NCBI GenBank assembly: GCA_950097015.1
Contig: CATNEN010000005.1
Coordinates: forward strand, 5,828,001-5,892,000
Source: Macrostomum hystrix
Lineage: Eukaryota; Animalia; Platyhelminthes
Length of the DNA stretch: 64,000 nucleotides
Direction of reading: 5' to 3'
The translations under genes and the position numbers were made by a program. This document shows, in pieces, positions 14,601 through 26,000 of the stretch (its first letter is position 1; the number at the start of each line of letters is the position of its first letter). The notes under the pieces are model-generated. The model had not been told where the DNA came from. It was given only the letters and a program-made list of their open reading frames with translations, and made no database searches.

Positions 14601-15414
14601 TGGGTATCAGTTCTGATTGGGTATCAGTTCTGATTGGGTATCAGTTCTGATTGGGTATCAGTTCTGATTGGGTATCAGTTCTGATTGGGTATCAGTTCTG
14701 ATTGAATATCAGTTCTGATTGGGTATCAGTTCTGATTGGGTATCAGTTCTGATTGGGTATCAGTTCTGATTGGGTATCAGTTCTGATTAGGTATCAGTTC
14801 TGATTGGGTATCAGTTCTGATTGAATATCAGTTCTGATTGGGTATCAGTTCTGATTGGGTATCAGTTCTGATTGGGTATCAGTTCTGATTGGGTATCAGT
14901 TCTGATTGGGTATCAGTTCTGATTCGGTATCAGTTCTGATTGGGTATCAGTTCTGATTGGGTATCAGTTCTGATTGAATATCAGTTCTGATTGGGTATCA
15001 GTTCTGATTGGATATCAGTTCTGATTGAATATCAGTTCTGATTGGGTATCAGTTCTGATTGGGTATCGGTTCTGATTGGGTATCAGTTCTGATTGGGTAT
15101 CAGTTCTGATTGGGTATCAGTTCTGATTGGATATCAGTTCTGATTGGAGATCAGTTCTGATTGGATATCAGTTCTGATTGGGTATCAGTTCTGATTGGAT
15201 ATCAGTTCTGATTGGGTATCAGTTCTGATTGGGTATCAAGAAAAAAGTGACTCACCTCAACATTAGCCATTAAGCGTGGATCAGCTCTCAGATTAGTGCC
15301 AATAACAACAAACAGGGAGTCTGCATTTGGTAGGCCAGAGATTTCCAATGGACCGTCATTGCCACAGATACCTGGTTCAGCATCTAAATCGCAGGCTTCT
15401 TCAAATTCGTCCAT
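2646..15414 (-). CDS. ECT2: ECT2/Pebble-like RhoGEF (BRCT-BRCT-DH-PH), spliced. Predicted exons 15414-15256, 14503-13946, 13023-12085, 11682-11119, 10078-~9368 (or 9395), 5250-4885, ~3790-3658, 2800-2646
   Basis: BRCT1 (RPVYSCGMRGVVACLTGF...VTHLIA...WVEAAW), BRCT2 (HRLKPFVGNTLAFYGYSD...WFWLAIQ), DH domain (ELAHTEANYVSIL...LLIRPVQRLPSVTLLL...HINEEKR) and PH domain (RQYRHLELLHLSRV...KRVTRALS) in the ECT2 order. GT-AG junctions are phase-consistent, e.g. GAG|GTGAGT at 15255, AAG|GTTAGT at 12084, CAG|GTGAGT at 11118. The three 3' low-complexity exons are less certain. Confidence 0.93.
2865..3530. repeat. 21-bp minisatellite (GTGACTAGAATGAGTAATGGA)n, ECT2 intron 7
   Basis: Visible tandem units. 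Confidence 0.95.
4045..4870. repeat. 22-bp minisatellite (GAGGATCAGGGGATAACTATCT)n, ECT2 intron 6
   Basis: Visible tandem units. Confidence 0.95.
5440..9260. repeat. 24-bp minisatellite (CATTCTTTCTCCCTATCTATCACC)n, about 3.8 kb, ECT2 intron 5
   Basis: About 158 tandem units; source of the 1294-aa and 1141-aa artefactual ORFs. Confidence 0.97.
10195..11085. repeat. 24-bp minisatellite (AATGATCTAATCCTAGAATGTCCC)n, ECT2 intron 4
   Basis: Visible tandem units. Confidence 0.95.
11725..12060. repeat. 24-bp minisatellite (GAGTAGGTTTATGAGCACATTAGA)n, ECT2 intron 3
   Basis: Visible tandem units. Confidence 0.95.
13185..13330 (+). mobile_element. SINE family A fragment (ECT2 intron 2)
   Basis: GTCAGGGCAGATGTACAC...CTCAGGAGTCAGCGGAATG...TTGCCTCTTCGCTGGCTGCGGG. 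Confidence 0.7.
13410..13905 (+). mobile_element. Partial hAT MITE copy: 32-bp (2x16) array plus right TIR, in ECT2 intron 2
   Basis: AATAAGTTTGCCGACCCCA at 13886-13904 matches the MITE right end. It is preceded by an (ATCTCTCCCGTGTC)-related array. Confidence 0.65.
14550..15240. repeat. 17-bp minisatellite (GGGTATCAGTTCTGATT)n, ECT2 intron 1
   Basis: Visible tandem units. Confidence 0.95.
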
Positions 15415-16381
15415 TTGAGTTTCTTAGATTCTTATGATTTTTCTATTTAGAAGCTTTTCTTCTAGCCTAAATAGCAAAAAATACTGAAGATCTGAAAATA
15501 TAATCATTAGTTAGAGACTTACTAGGTACTTTATTACTCTTAGTAAATAATGAATCTAAAATTGTGATAGACTATTTGTAATAGCTAATTGAATAGCTAG
15601 TGAAAAAAATAACAAGGTTATTATTACGATAAATGACTGTGTGCGATAGTATTATGACTATATGAGATTGTATTTGGAATCTTAACTAAGTCAAGTGAAT
15701 CAACTAGTACTCAAACAAGCCTTAGCAACTAGCTTATGTTTTAATTTTTTAAAGCTGATTACTTACTTTAAAAAATATTCCTTTTATCTTAAACTAAGTA
15801 AATACATTGCTTAAAAAGACATTATTATTGTCATATAAACATTAGTTTAAATTTTATTGATGCCAGTCTTAAACAAAAGTTTTTTTGTTAAAATTAAGAG
15901 ATTGGCCTCTTTGTTCTATTACATTGCATTTGATTAAGTTAGTTTAATCTAGGCCTAACCTAGCTATTTTATAAAATATAAGACTGAACCTATCTTTTTA
16001 GGTTTATAGGCCTAACCTAACTCTTAAGCTCAAAACTATTAAGTCCTAGATAGCCAATAGGGTCTGATCCTAATCCCAAGGCTCATAGTCTAGATCATGC
16101 AAGTCATGCACTAGAAAAAATGTTAGGCTAGACACTAAAACTTTTTAACGCTTGAATGAAAGTTAATTAGGCCTAATAATTAAGCAGTGAAGCAAAGTCA
16201 ATTTTCTTTGTCAACAACTTTATTACTTGTTACTATTAGCCATTAGTTCTTTATGTTCATTTCAACCAAGCTATATCCTTCCTACATACTTGAAAATGTG
16301 TTCTTGAAAATATAGGACTATCAGAAAATCCAACTCTTTCCTTAGACCTTAGCTAAGGCTTTAACTGCTTAGATTTAAGTA

Positions 16382-16680
16382 CATACATGCGCAACACCTG
16401 GCCGGTTTGGCCGGGTGAAATGAGTGCCAAGCAAGGTAAGTTGCAAAAACTAATCAACCAAGTGCAAAAAAATCAAAGGGGGGACCAATGGACAAAAAAG
16501 GAAGGCGTGAAGAAGAGGATAAAGGGGAGAAAAAAATAGAGCAAATGAGAGCAAACTAAGTCGTAAATCGAGCAATGAAACAAACTAAGTCGCAACTGAG
16601 AGCAAACTAAGTCGTAAATAGACCAAAAACTAAGTTGCATGGCCAGCTAAGATTTGGGAGGTTGCACTTGCACATGTATG
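16382..16680. mobile_element. 299-bp MITE with CATACATG(C/T)GCAA termini and 8-bp TSD (hAT- or P-like)
   Basis: Left CATACATGCGCAA, right TTGCACATGTATG (1 mismatch in 13). Exact flanking direct repeat TTTAAGTA at 16374-81 and 16681-88. Internal GCAAACTAAGTCG repeats. Confidence 0.8.
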
Positions 16681-19600
16681 TTTAAGTAATTGCTAATTAT
16701 ATGAGAAATAAACAACAATTATGTTATAAGGGTGCAGTGAGTCTAGGTCTAGCTTATTTATGCCTGTGTCATAGGCCCTTCTAATTCATAAATCAGGTAC
16801 ATAATTTGTTGGCTAATAGGCTAGGCCTAATACAATTCTAATAGTTGAATACCTGCTGATTTATACTTAAGATCGGATAGGTCTACGTTTTTCGATTTGC
16901 CAAAAAGTTGAGTCCTGACACTATAAGAACGACAGGCGGACAGTACACTTCAACAGACATTCAAGACGACGTTGAGACAGATAGCATTGCATGCCTTTGG
17001 AAAGTCGGTAATAGGCTGTAGGACTAGGGTGCAGTCGGATATCTTATAAAGCAAGCTGCACTGTTTGATCAGAATATACTATATTGCTATATTAATATGA
17101 CAAGTCACAACACATAAAACTAAAAGAACTTTTTACTCTTTATTGAACCACGCTGTAGACCGTAGACGAACTAACTATTAGCTCCACGTGCAAAACTTCC
17201 AACCTGCACGTTTTGACATTTAAAAAGTATTTAAAATCGTTATCATACTTGATTTAAATGGTTAGTTTTACAGTTTAAAATTAGTAAAAGCAGTATTTTA
17301 GTTAGCTTTGATACTACAAAAAAACTTTCATATTTTTAAGCTTGTTTATTAACTTTGCATTTAAATATGTAAATTTGTGTTTTACCGTGAACACTCCGCA
17401 AAATTAAGATAATACTATATGGATCCTTTGTAACGAAATCATTCTGCATTCATTTCGTATTTGCTAAAGTAAAGATTGTCATAAGAGCAATTTAGATATT
17501 CAGTATAAAGCGCCACTGGATTCAACCGGTTAGCGCTCTTTGATTGTAGGATCTGATCATTTGCTCTCTGTAGACTCTCATTCTTATTCAATTCTTTAAC
17601 GGTGACCATACAGTAAACTTCTAGGATAAAAAAACAAATTATTTTCACAAATCTCCTTTAGCATACTTTCTTTCGCCAATATATGCTCGTATAAATAACG
17701 TCATTTAGCAGCGACAGCCGATTAGTTAGTTGATCCGAGTTGAATATTCTCGCTTTTAAAACATGCAAATAATGTTCCGTTTCTGACTTGAAGTGTTTTA
17801 ATTTAATTCAGAGTTGACGTCAAAGTTCAGGCATAAAATTATATCAGCCAAAATGAGTCATTTACGGTCAAAAAGTTCCTAGGTAGTAATGAAGACAAAC
17901 ATGACTAGTACCACTTAAAGCGGTACCCGACTAGTACCACTTGATGTAACTTGATGTATACGGGATAAATAATGTAACCTTTAGGCTAATTACGTGCCTT
18001 TATCATGATCTTAATATCAACTTTCCCGATGGACTCACCCTACGTGACTTTGAGATGTCAAAACCATTCCCGGTTAAATCTGCAATAATTTTTTTGTCTC
18101 TTCGCCTGTCAAAATGTGGTCGCCAGCTGCCTCCTTCTCTAATAGTATTAAAGCACTATTAAAGCACTAGAGCAACTTGACATTGCTCTGTATAAACATC
18201 TCTTGCGAATCCATATCGGTTCGCAGGTATATATATTAACAATAGCCAACAATAGAAGCCGACATGATTACATAATAATTTTTGAGCAGAAAATATTTGC
18301 TAATTTTTTGCTTTTGACACCAGACACCATGGCCAGAATCGTTGGATATCTTGACGATGCCAATGTTCTATGATTTTGAAAGTAGTTTATCGGATAGATT
18401 GGATAGATAAAGTAAAAGAAAGTAAAACAAAATATTTTCGAAAATGAAATTGTATAATACCACAGTGGAGAATGATTTACTAACATAACGAGCTATGATC
18501 ACATAGAGGACAGCTTATGGAGCCGCATATTTTCAGGCATATGTAAAAAGCCTGTTTTAGAAATAAAATTTTTATTATGTATTTTCAATTGTACGCGTAT
18601 ACTGTTACAAAAAGCATACTTTCGACTGCTTAAGAATAAAACTAAAAGCTGTAGCTGCGGATGATAAATAATTGAGTATTCGAATAAAATTCTCAGCTTT
18701 CTCATAGCATGAAACTTTCAAAGACAGCATATTGATTGATCACCATACGATGTGCATTGATAAAACAAAGTAAATGAAGTGAATTGATTGAAAAAAGTTA
18801 AAGCGTTGACAATATTGTAGACTCACATACTGCTAATAACGTTTTAGTCTTTATAGAAATAAAAGACAGTCTTAAAATTGTATTAAAATAATGTGGTTAA
18901 AATTCAAAACGATCTTTCATATCACACACACTGAATATTGGACAAGCGTCTCTACACATTACAAAACAATTTTACGAATAATAACGACGAAAGTAACATT
19001 CATGAGTTAAGCAAGCCTGCACTGAGGCATATCTTTTAAATAATTTGCACAAAAACAACAAAGCTTAACCAAAGAAATTGCTTTTAGATACAAAGTGCAT
19101 GAAGCTTAAACTTTTTTGTCACATTTTCAGTTTCAAGTATTTTTACAGCCTAGTGCTGTTAAAAGCTAAGGCTGTAAAAATATTTACTTTCTTGTTTGGT
19201 TTCATATAAGCCAGAGGACAGAATGGCAAGAAGTTAAATTAATGGCGAGGAAGCTATTAGGTGTTTTGATCAGCACAGCAGATATATTGAAAGTTACACG
19301 TGTTCATAATGTTTAACAAATTTATATAAATAATATATTGTAATATATATACATTTAAATCATTAAAATTATAACTTGAAAAGGTTACATTCAATTAAAA
19401 TTCAGGTTTTTAAAGCCGGAGAATTTGTTTAAAATATGTCAAGAAAGTTTTGTTTTTCTACGCCGTGACTCTTTCTATACGTTAAAAATTACGTTCCAGT
19501 AGTTAAATTTAAATGCTAAAACAAAAAAGAAAAAAGAAAATATACTGATTATTATTGGACAACTAAATAACGTATAAAGAACGATAGATAAATCGAATAG

Positions 19601-19847
19601 TGGCCACACTGAAGCAAATATAAATAGTTGATGGTTAGCGAATTGCTTCAACTACAGAAAGCATAATGAAACGTATAGTTTTAAAAAATACATTTTCTAT
19701 AATATGAAGAATAGGAAGAAGCTGCAAATATATTGAAATAATACTGACACGAGACCAATAGCTAACTTGAGAAAAACGACAAAAATCCCAACTCAAAATT
19801 GGTTTGATTTGTTAAAATTAAAACAAATCAGATACAATTTGTTAAAG

Positions 19848-22800
19848 TCAGCATACACCGTTATTAGCGTACGTAGGCGAATAGACGGCTACGGGTAGAA
19901 ATTTTACGCTTGTCTGCCATTGGCTGGATAGTTGAAAGAATTTCACGCCGGACCATTCCACTCCGTCGACGAATACTTTTTAGATGAAAGGGGAATCCGA
20001 GTGGAATTTCGTATATTTCAAGAGTTGAGTTTTAGTTTCTTAGAATGAGAATTCGAGTAGATAAAAAGAAACGTTTTTAAGGGTAAAATTAATGGTGAGA
20101 GGTAAATATTTATCAAGAGAGAATGAGTTAAAACATTGAAAATATTGTGAGATAGATAAAAATTCATAGAGAGAAGAGGTGGAAATAGATAGGGAGATGG
20201 TCAGACAGATATTAAGAGGTGTGGATAGAAAATGAGAGGGTGACATAGATAAAAATAGGGTGAGATAGAAAGTGAGAGGGTGAGATTGATGAGGAGAGGG
20301 TAAGAGAAAAGGAGAGGGTGAGATTGCTAAGGAGAAAATGAGAGAAAAACGGGAGAGGGTGAGATTGATAAGGAAAAGGTGAGAGAGAAAGGGAGTGAAG
20401 GAGATTGATAAGGAGAGAGTGGGAGAGAAAGGGAGAGGGTGAGATTGATGAGGAGAGGGCGAGAGAGAAAGGGAGAGGGTGAGATTGAAAAAGGAGAAAG
20501 TGAGAGAGAAAGGGAGAGGGTGAGATTGATGAGGAGAGGGTGAGAGAGAAAGGGAGAGGGTGAGATTGATAAGGAGAAGGTAAGAAAGGGTGAGATAGAT
20601 AAAGAGTTAATTAGATAATGAGAGGGTAAGATATATGGTCACTAAAGTATATCCAAGCGTATAATTAAATAAAATAACTGAAGGCAATATAGATTTTTTA
20701 TTGACAAAGAACGCAGTGTATCGTAAATTTGAGATTTGAGCTAATTCTTGAGCTCAATCAGCAGGAGAATCGCGCACGCTTACCCCTCATTGGCTGGCTC
20801 TTCCCAGTGCAGATCAGTCGAGTGAGGCCTTCGACAATCTCTCGGCGACTCTCGGGCTCTTTGGCTTTCTTGCCGAGACGCATGACTGCGGATTGGGGAC
20901 AAACTGGAGCATGAGGTCTCAATAGGTAACTAGATTAGTTAGTTCACAGGTAGATACACTAATCAGTGACTAATAGCTCGATTCCGCGACGAGGCCACAT
21001 TTATTTTTCGTGCAATTTACCAAATTAGAGGGCCAAGCTCTACGGCACAGTGAGAGTGTACACTCCCTGACGATGAGAAAGTCAGGGCAGATGTACACAC
21101 CTGTGTGAGCGTTTGCTCATGAGTCAGCGAAATAGGCAGAATTGCCTCCTTGCTGGCTGCGGGTTCAGTGTCACCAAATGGCGCTCCAGTGCCCACAGCC
21201 ATCCTGCAAATACTAATTTCATTATAAACTATGCGCAATAATCCATAGTTAAGTACACTAATCCGAAATTGGGAACACTAATCCGTAATTACGTACACTA
21301 ATCCATAATTAGGTACACTAATCCGTAATTAGGTACACTAATCCGTAATTAGCTACACTAATCCGTAATTAGCTACACTAATCCGCAATTAGCTACACTA
21401 ATCCGTAATTAGGTACACTAATCCGCAATTAGCTACACTAATCCGCAATTAGCTACACTAATCCGTAATTAGGTACACTAATCCGTAATTAGCAACACTA
21501 ATCCGTAATTAGCAACACTAATCCGTAATTAGCAACACTAATCCGTAATTAGCAACACTAATCCGTACTTAGGTACACTAATCCGTAATTAGGTACACTA
21601 ATCCGCAATTAGGTACACTAATCCGCAATTAGCTACACTAATCCGCAAATAGGAACACTTATCCGTAATTAGGTACACAAATCCGTAATTAGGTACACTA
21701 ATCCGTAATTAGCTACACTAATCCATAATTAGCTACACTAATCCGTAATTAGCTACACTAATCCGTAATTAGCTACACTAATCCGTAATTAGCTACACTA
21801 ATCCATAATTAGCAACACTAATCCGTAATTAGCAACACTAATCCGTAATTAGCAACACTAATCCGTAATTAGCTACACTAATCCGTAATTAGGTACACAA
21901 ATCCGTAATTAGCAACACTAATCCGTAATTAGGTACACAAATCCATAGTTAGCTACACTAATCCGCAATTAGCTACACTAATCCGTAATTAGCTACACTA
22001 ATCCGTAATTAGCTACACTAATCCGTAATTAGCTACACTAATCCGCAATTAGCAACACTAATCCGTAATTAGCTACACTAATCCGTAATTAGCTACACTA
22101 ATCCGTAATTAGCTACACTAATCCGTAATTAGCAAAACTAATCCATAATTAGCAACACTAATCCGTAATTAGGTACACTAATCCGTAATTAGGTACACTA
22201 ATCCGTAATTAGCAACACTAATCCGTAATTAGCAACACTAATCCGTAATTAGCAACACTAATCCGTAATTAGCTACACTAATCCGTAATTAGGTACACTA
22301 ATCCGCAATTAGCAACACTAATCCGTAATTAGCAACACTAATCCGTACTTAGGTACACTAATCCGTAATTAGGTACACTAATCCGCAATTAGGTACACTA
22401 ATCCGCAATTAGCTACACTAATCCGCAAATAGGAACACTTATCCGTAATTAGGTACACAAATCCGTAATTAGGTACACTAATCCGCAATTAGGTACACTA
22501 ATCCGCAAATAGGAACACTTATCCGTAATTAGGTACACAAATCCGTAATTAGGTACACTAAGCCGTAACTAGGCACACTAATCCGTACTTTGGTAAACTA
22601 ATCCAGATATAAAATACACTAATCCATTATTAGATTAACTAACTGGAGACTAGATATCTGTAAAATTCTATAGGATTTAAAAACAATACCATAAAATAAA
22701 TTGAACCGAGTGTGCTCAACTCACTCTTCTGTCGTTTATTCACTAAGCTAAGCGTTAATCCACGCCCGCTAGCGGCTTGGCACACCCTGAGGGCACGCAG

Positions 22801-22973
22801 AGCTGGCTTCAGGGCTGTTCGCCTATCAGAGCCGCCAGTCCAATAGTCCAACTGTAGATCGACAAAGTCTGCTGAGCCGCTACTACTGCTGCTACTTGCA
22901 ATAGGCATGGCAGAGTCAACTAAATTGATTGCAGGCCTTCCAGCCTCCAAACTGGGACTTCCTGGCGGTGTCA

Positions 22974-23020
<47 letters not shown>

Positions 23021-26000
23021 ATATCATCAGCGGCTGTTGGCAGTTCAGAATCCGATTCAGCTGAACGATCAGCCTGAGCAAAAAAATATGCGAAAGCGAA
23101 TAAAAATCAAAACTACGTATCCTGTATTCTTAAGAATCAAGTATTTCTAGATTCCTGTATTTTAAATAATCACTGTATTTCTAAGAATCCTGTTTTTCTA
23201 AGAATAAAGTATTTCTAAGAATCCTGTATTTCTCAGAATCCTGTATTTCTAAGAATCCAGTATCTCTAAGAATCCAGTATTTCTAATAATCCCTGTATTT
23301 TTAAGAATCCTGTATTTCTAAGAATGAATTATTTCTAAGAATGAAGTATTTCTAAGAATGAAGTATTTCTAAGAATCATGTATTTCTAAGAATCCAGTAT
23401 TTCTAATGATAAGGTATTTCTAAGAAAATGTAGTTCTAAGAAACAGGTACAAAATAAAGCCAGAGTTTTTGGTAATTTAGAATTAAGAAGTATGATGAAT
23501 TATGAAAACTGAATGATTGCAAAATATGTATTTCAGAGAATTAAAACAAAAAACGAAGCAGTAAAGAATCAAGGATTTCTAAGAATATAGAACTTTGAGG
23601 AATTTATGAAGTTCTAGGAATTTGTGAGACTTTGGAAATCGGGTACTTGTAGAAAATAGGTGATTCCTGGAAATAGTCGAGTCAAATAATTGGGCAATTC
23701 TAGGAATTTAATATTTGTAGGAATTAGAATATATTAATTCTTTAAAGTTAGTAACTCTAGGAATTTGTTACTTCTAAACACATGGGATTAGCATGGACTT
23801 AATAATAATGCAACTAAAAAAAGTAGACGCCCACGCATTTTCACCTGTCCCAGCCGCACGTGCAGCACAAACGGCACGAATGTCTGGGCACCGTCGGCGC
23901 TCTCAGCAAGGAGGACTTCGCCAACAGGCAGCCGAATCTGACTGTCGGCTTCGGATAAATATCGACGAATCCTGTGAGCAGTGTCGTGAGCGCTCCAGCC
24001 GCCGGTGGAACCGCCAGACAATTCCAGGGCTGAGGACAAGAAGCCGCTGATGGAGTCGCCCCACAGACTGCCGTAGCCGTCGGCAGAGTCAGCCGAGCAC
24101 AGCAGCCTAGCCAGAGCTACCGAGCCTAGCAACGGAGCATAGTAGAATCGAACCCGCGACTGCCAAGCGGACGGCTTCGAGCCGAATTGTTCAACGTAGG
24201 CGCGCAGAACGGAATTCACGTGCGCGTCGGAACCGACTATGCAAATCTTGTGTACGGCTGGCTTCTCGACTGCTGAGGAAGCCGCCGCTGCCGCCGCTGC
24301 TGCCGCTGCCGCTGCCACTGACGATGAAGACGACTGATGCCCAAGAGAAGAAGCGATGTGTGCCATAGCGTGCCGACAGTCAGCGGCTGTGACAGTCGGT
24401 ATGCAGGTCAATGCGGTGGAATAATGATCAGCCGACTGCTGCTGCAGTGCTTCTAGAAGGGCCTGTGAGTGCCATTGCCAAGTAGTTTTTTGTAAGATAT
24501 TTAAATCTGGGATTTATGAATCTGGGATTTATGAATCTGGGATTTATGCATCTGGGATTTATGATCTGGGATTTATGAATCTGGGATTTATGCATCTGGG
24601 ATTTATGATCTGGGATTTATGAATCTGGGATTTATGAATCTGGGATTTATGAATCTAGGATTTATGAATCTGGGATTTATGAATCTGGGATTTATGAATC
24701 TGGGATTTATGCATCTGGGATTTATGAATCTGGGATTTATGAATCTGGGATTTATGAACCTGGGATTTATGAATCTGGGGTTTATGAATCTGGGATTTAT
24801 GAATCTGGGGTTTATGAATCTGGGATTTATGAATCTGGGATTTATGCATCTGGGATTTATGATCTGGGATTTATGAATCTGGGATTTATGATCTGGGATT
24901 TATGAATCTGGGATTTATGGATATGGGATTTATGGATATGGGATTTATGAATTTGGGATTTATGAATATGGGATTTATGAATCTGGGATTTATGAATCTG
25001 GGATTTATGAATCTTGGATTTATGGATATGGGATTTATGGATATGGGATTTATGAATCTGGGATTTATGGATATGGGATTTATGAATCTGGGATTTATGA
25101 ATCTGGGATTTATGAATCTGGGATTTATGAATCTGGGATTTATGAATCTGGGATTTTATGCATCTGGGGTTTATGAATCTGGGATTTATGAATCTGGGAT
25201 TTTATTACTCACCCTGCCACCATTTTCGCCCGTGTTGATCAGGCACAACTTCTCGGGTAGGCAGTCGCCATGCAGCCTAGCAACTGCTTCTGTGCACTCC
25301 TTCCGGGGCTGAAAATGTTTATTAAAAATGATTACTTACAATCGTGTGCTAGACAAAAGACACAGAAATGTTAAAATCGTTAATACCGTCTCTACTACGA
25401 GTTAATTTTTAGGATATCAAAATCCAAACCAACATTAAAACATTCAAAAGAAAAATTACAGCTAAAAATGAACCTGTAGTTGTTAAAAACAAAAAACGGC
25501 AGTTAATTTTTTGTTATCTTTTTTTCCATTGAGTAAAACAAATAGTTAAATGCTTTTTCTTAATCAGTTAAAAAACACATTGTTATCAAAAAGTGACAAT
25601 CTTCGAATGAAAAAAACTTTACCTCGCGAAAGAACTGATCAGAAAAATTAAAGTCCATTTGAAATGGTTGCTGAAAAGGAAAAGGAATAATTAACGGAAT
25701 ACGAACTACTCTACTGTAAGTAGGCTGATAAGAAACAGTTTTCTCAAGAGATATACATGGCGAGCTTATTGTACAACCAAGATTCAGAAACAAAGAGAAC
25801 AGATCTACGAGTAACATACCGGGAAGAAAGGGATCGATTAGCATATGGTAGCATGCTACTCTGAGAGAGATTGATAGTAAGTTTAAGAGATTGATGACAA
25901 GTTTGGAAGATGGATAGTAAGTGTGAGAGATTGACAGTAAGTGTGAGAGATTGATAGTAAGTGTGAGAGATTGATAGTAAGTGTGAGAGATTGATAGTAA

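Noticed and set aside
17439-18705. Short minus-strand ORFs between PACS and ECT2, one following a strong-looking acceptor (TTTTTTATCCTAG near 17620)
   Set aside because: No recognisable homology, AT-rich, and no consistent exon chain. They could be UTR exons, but this cannot be supported without RNA data.
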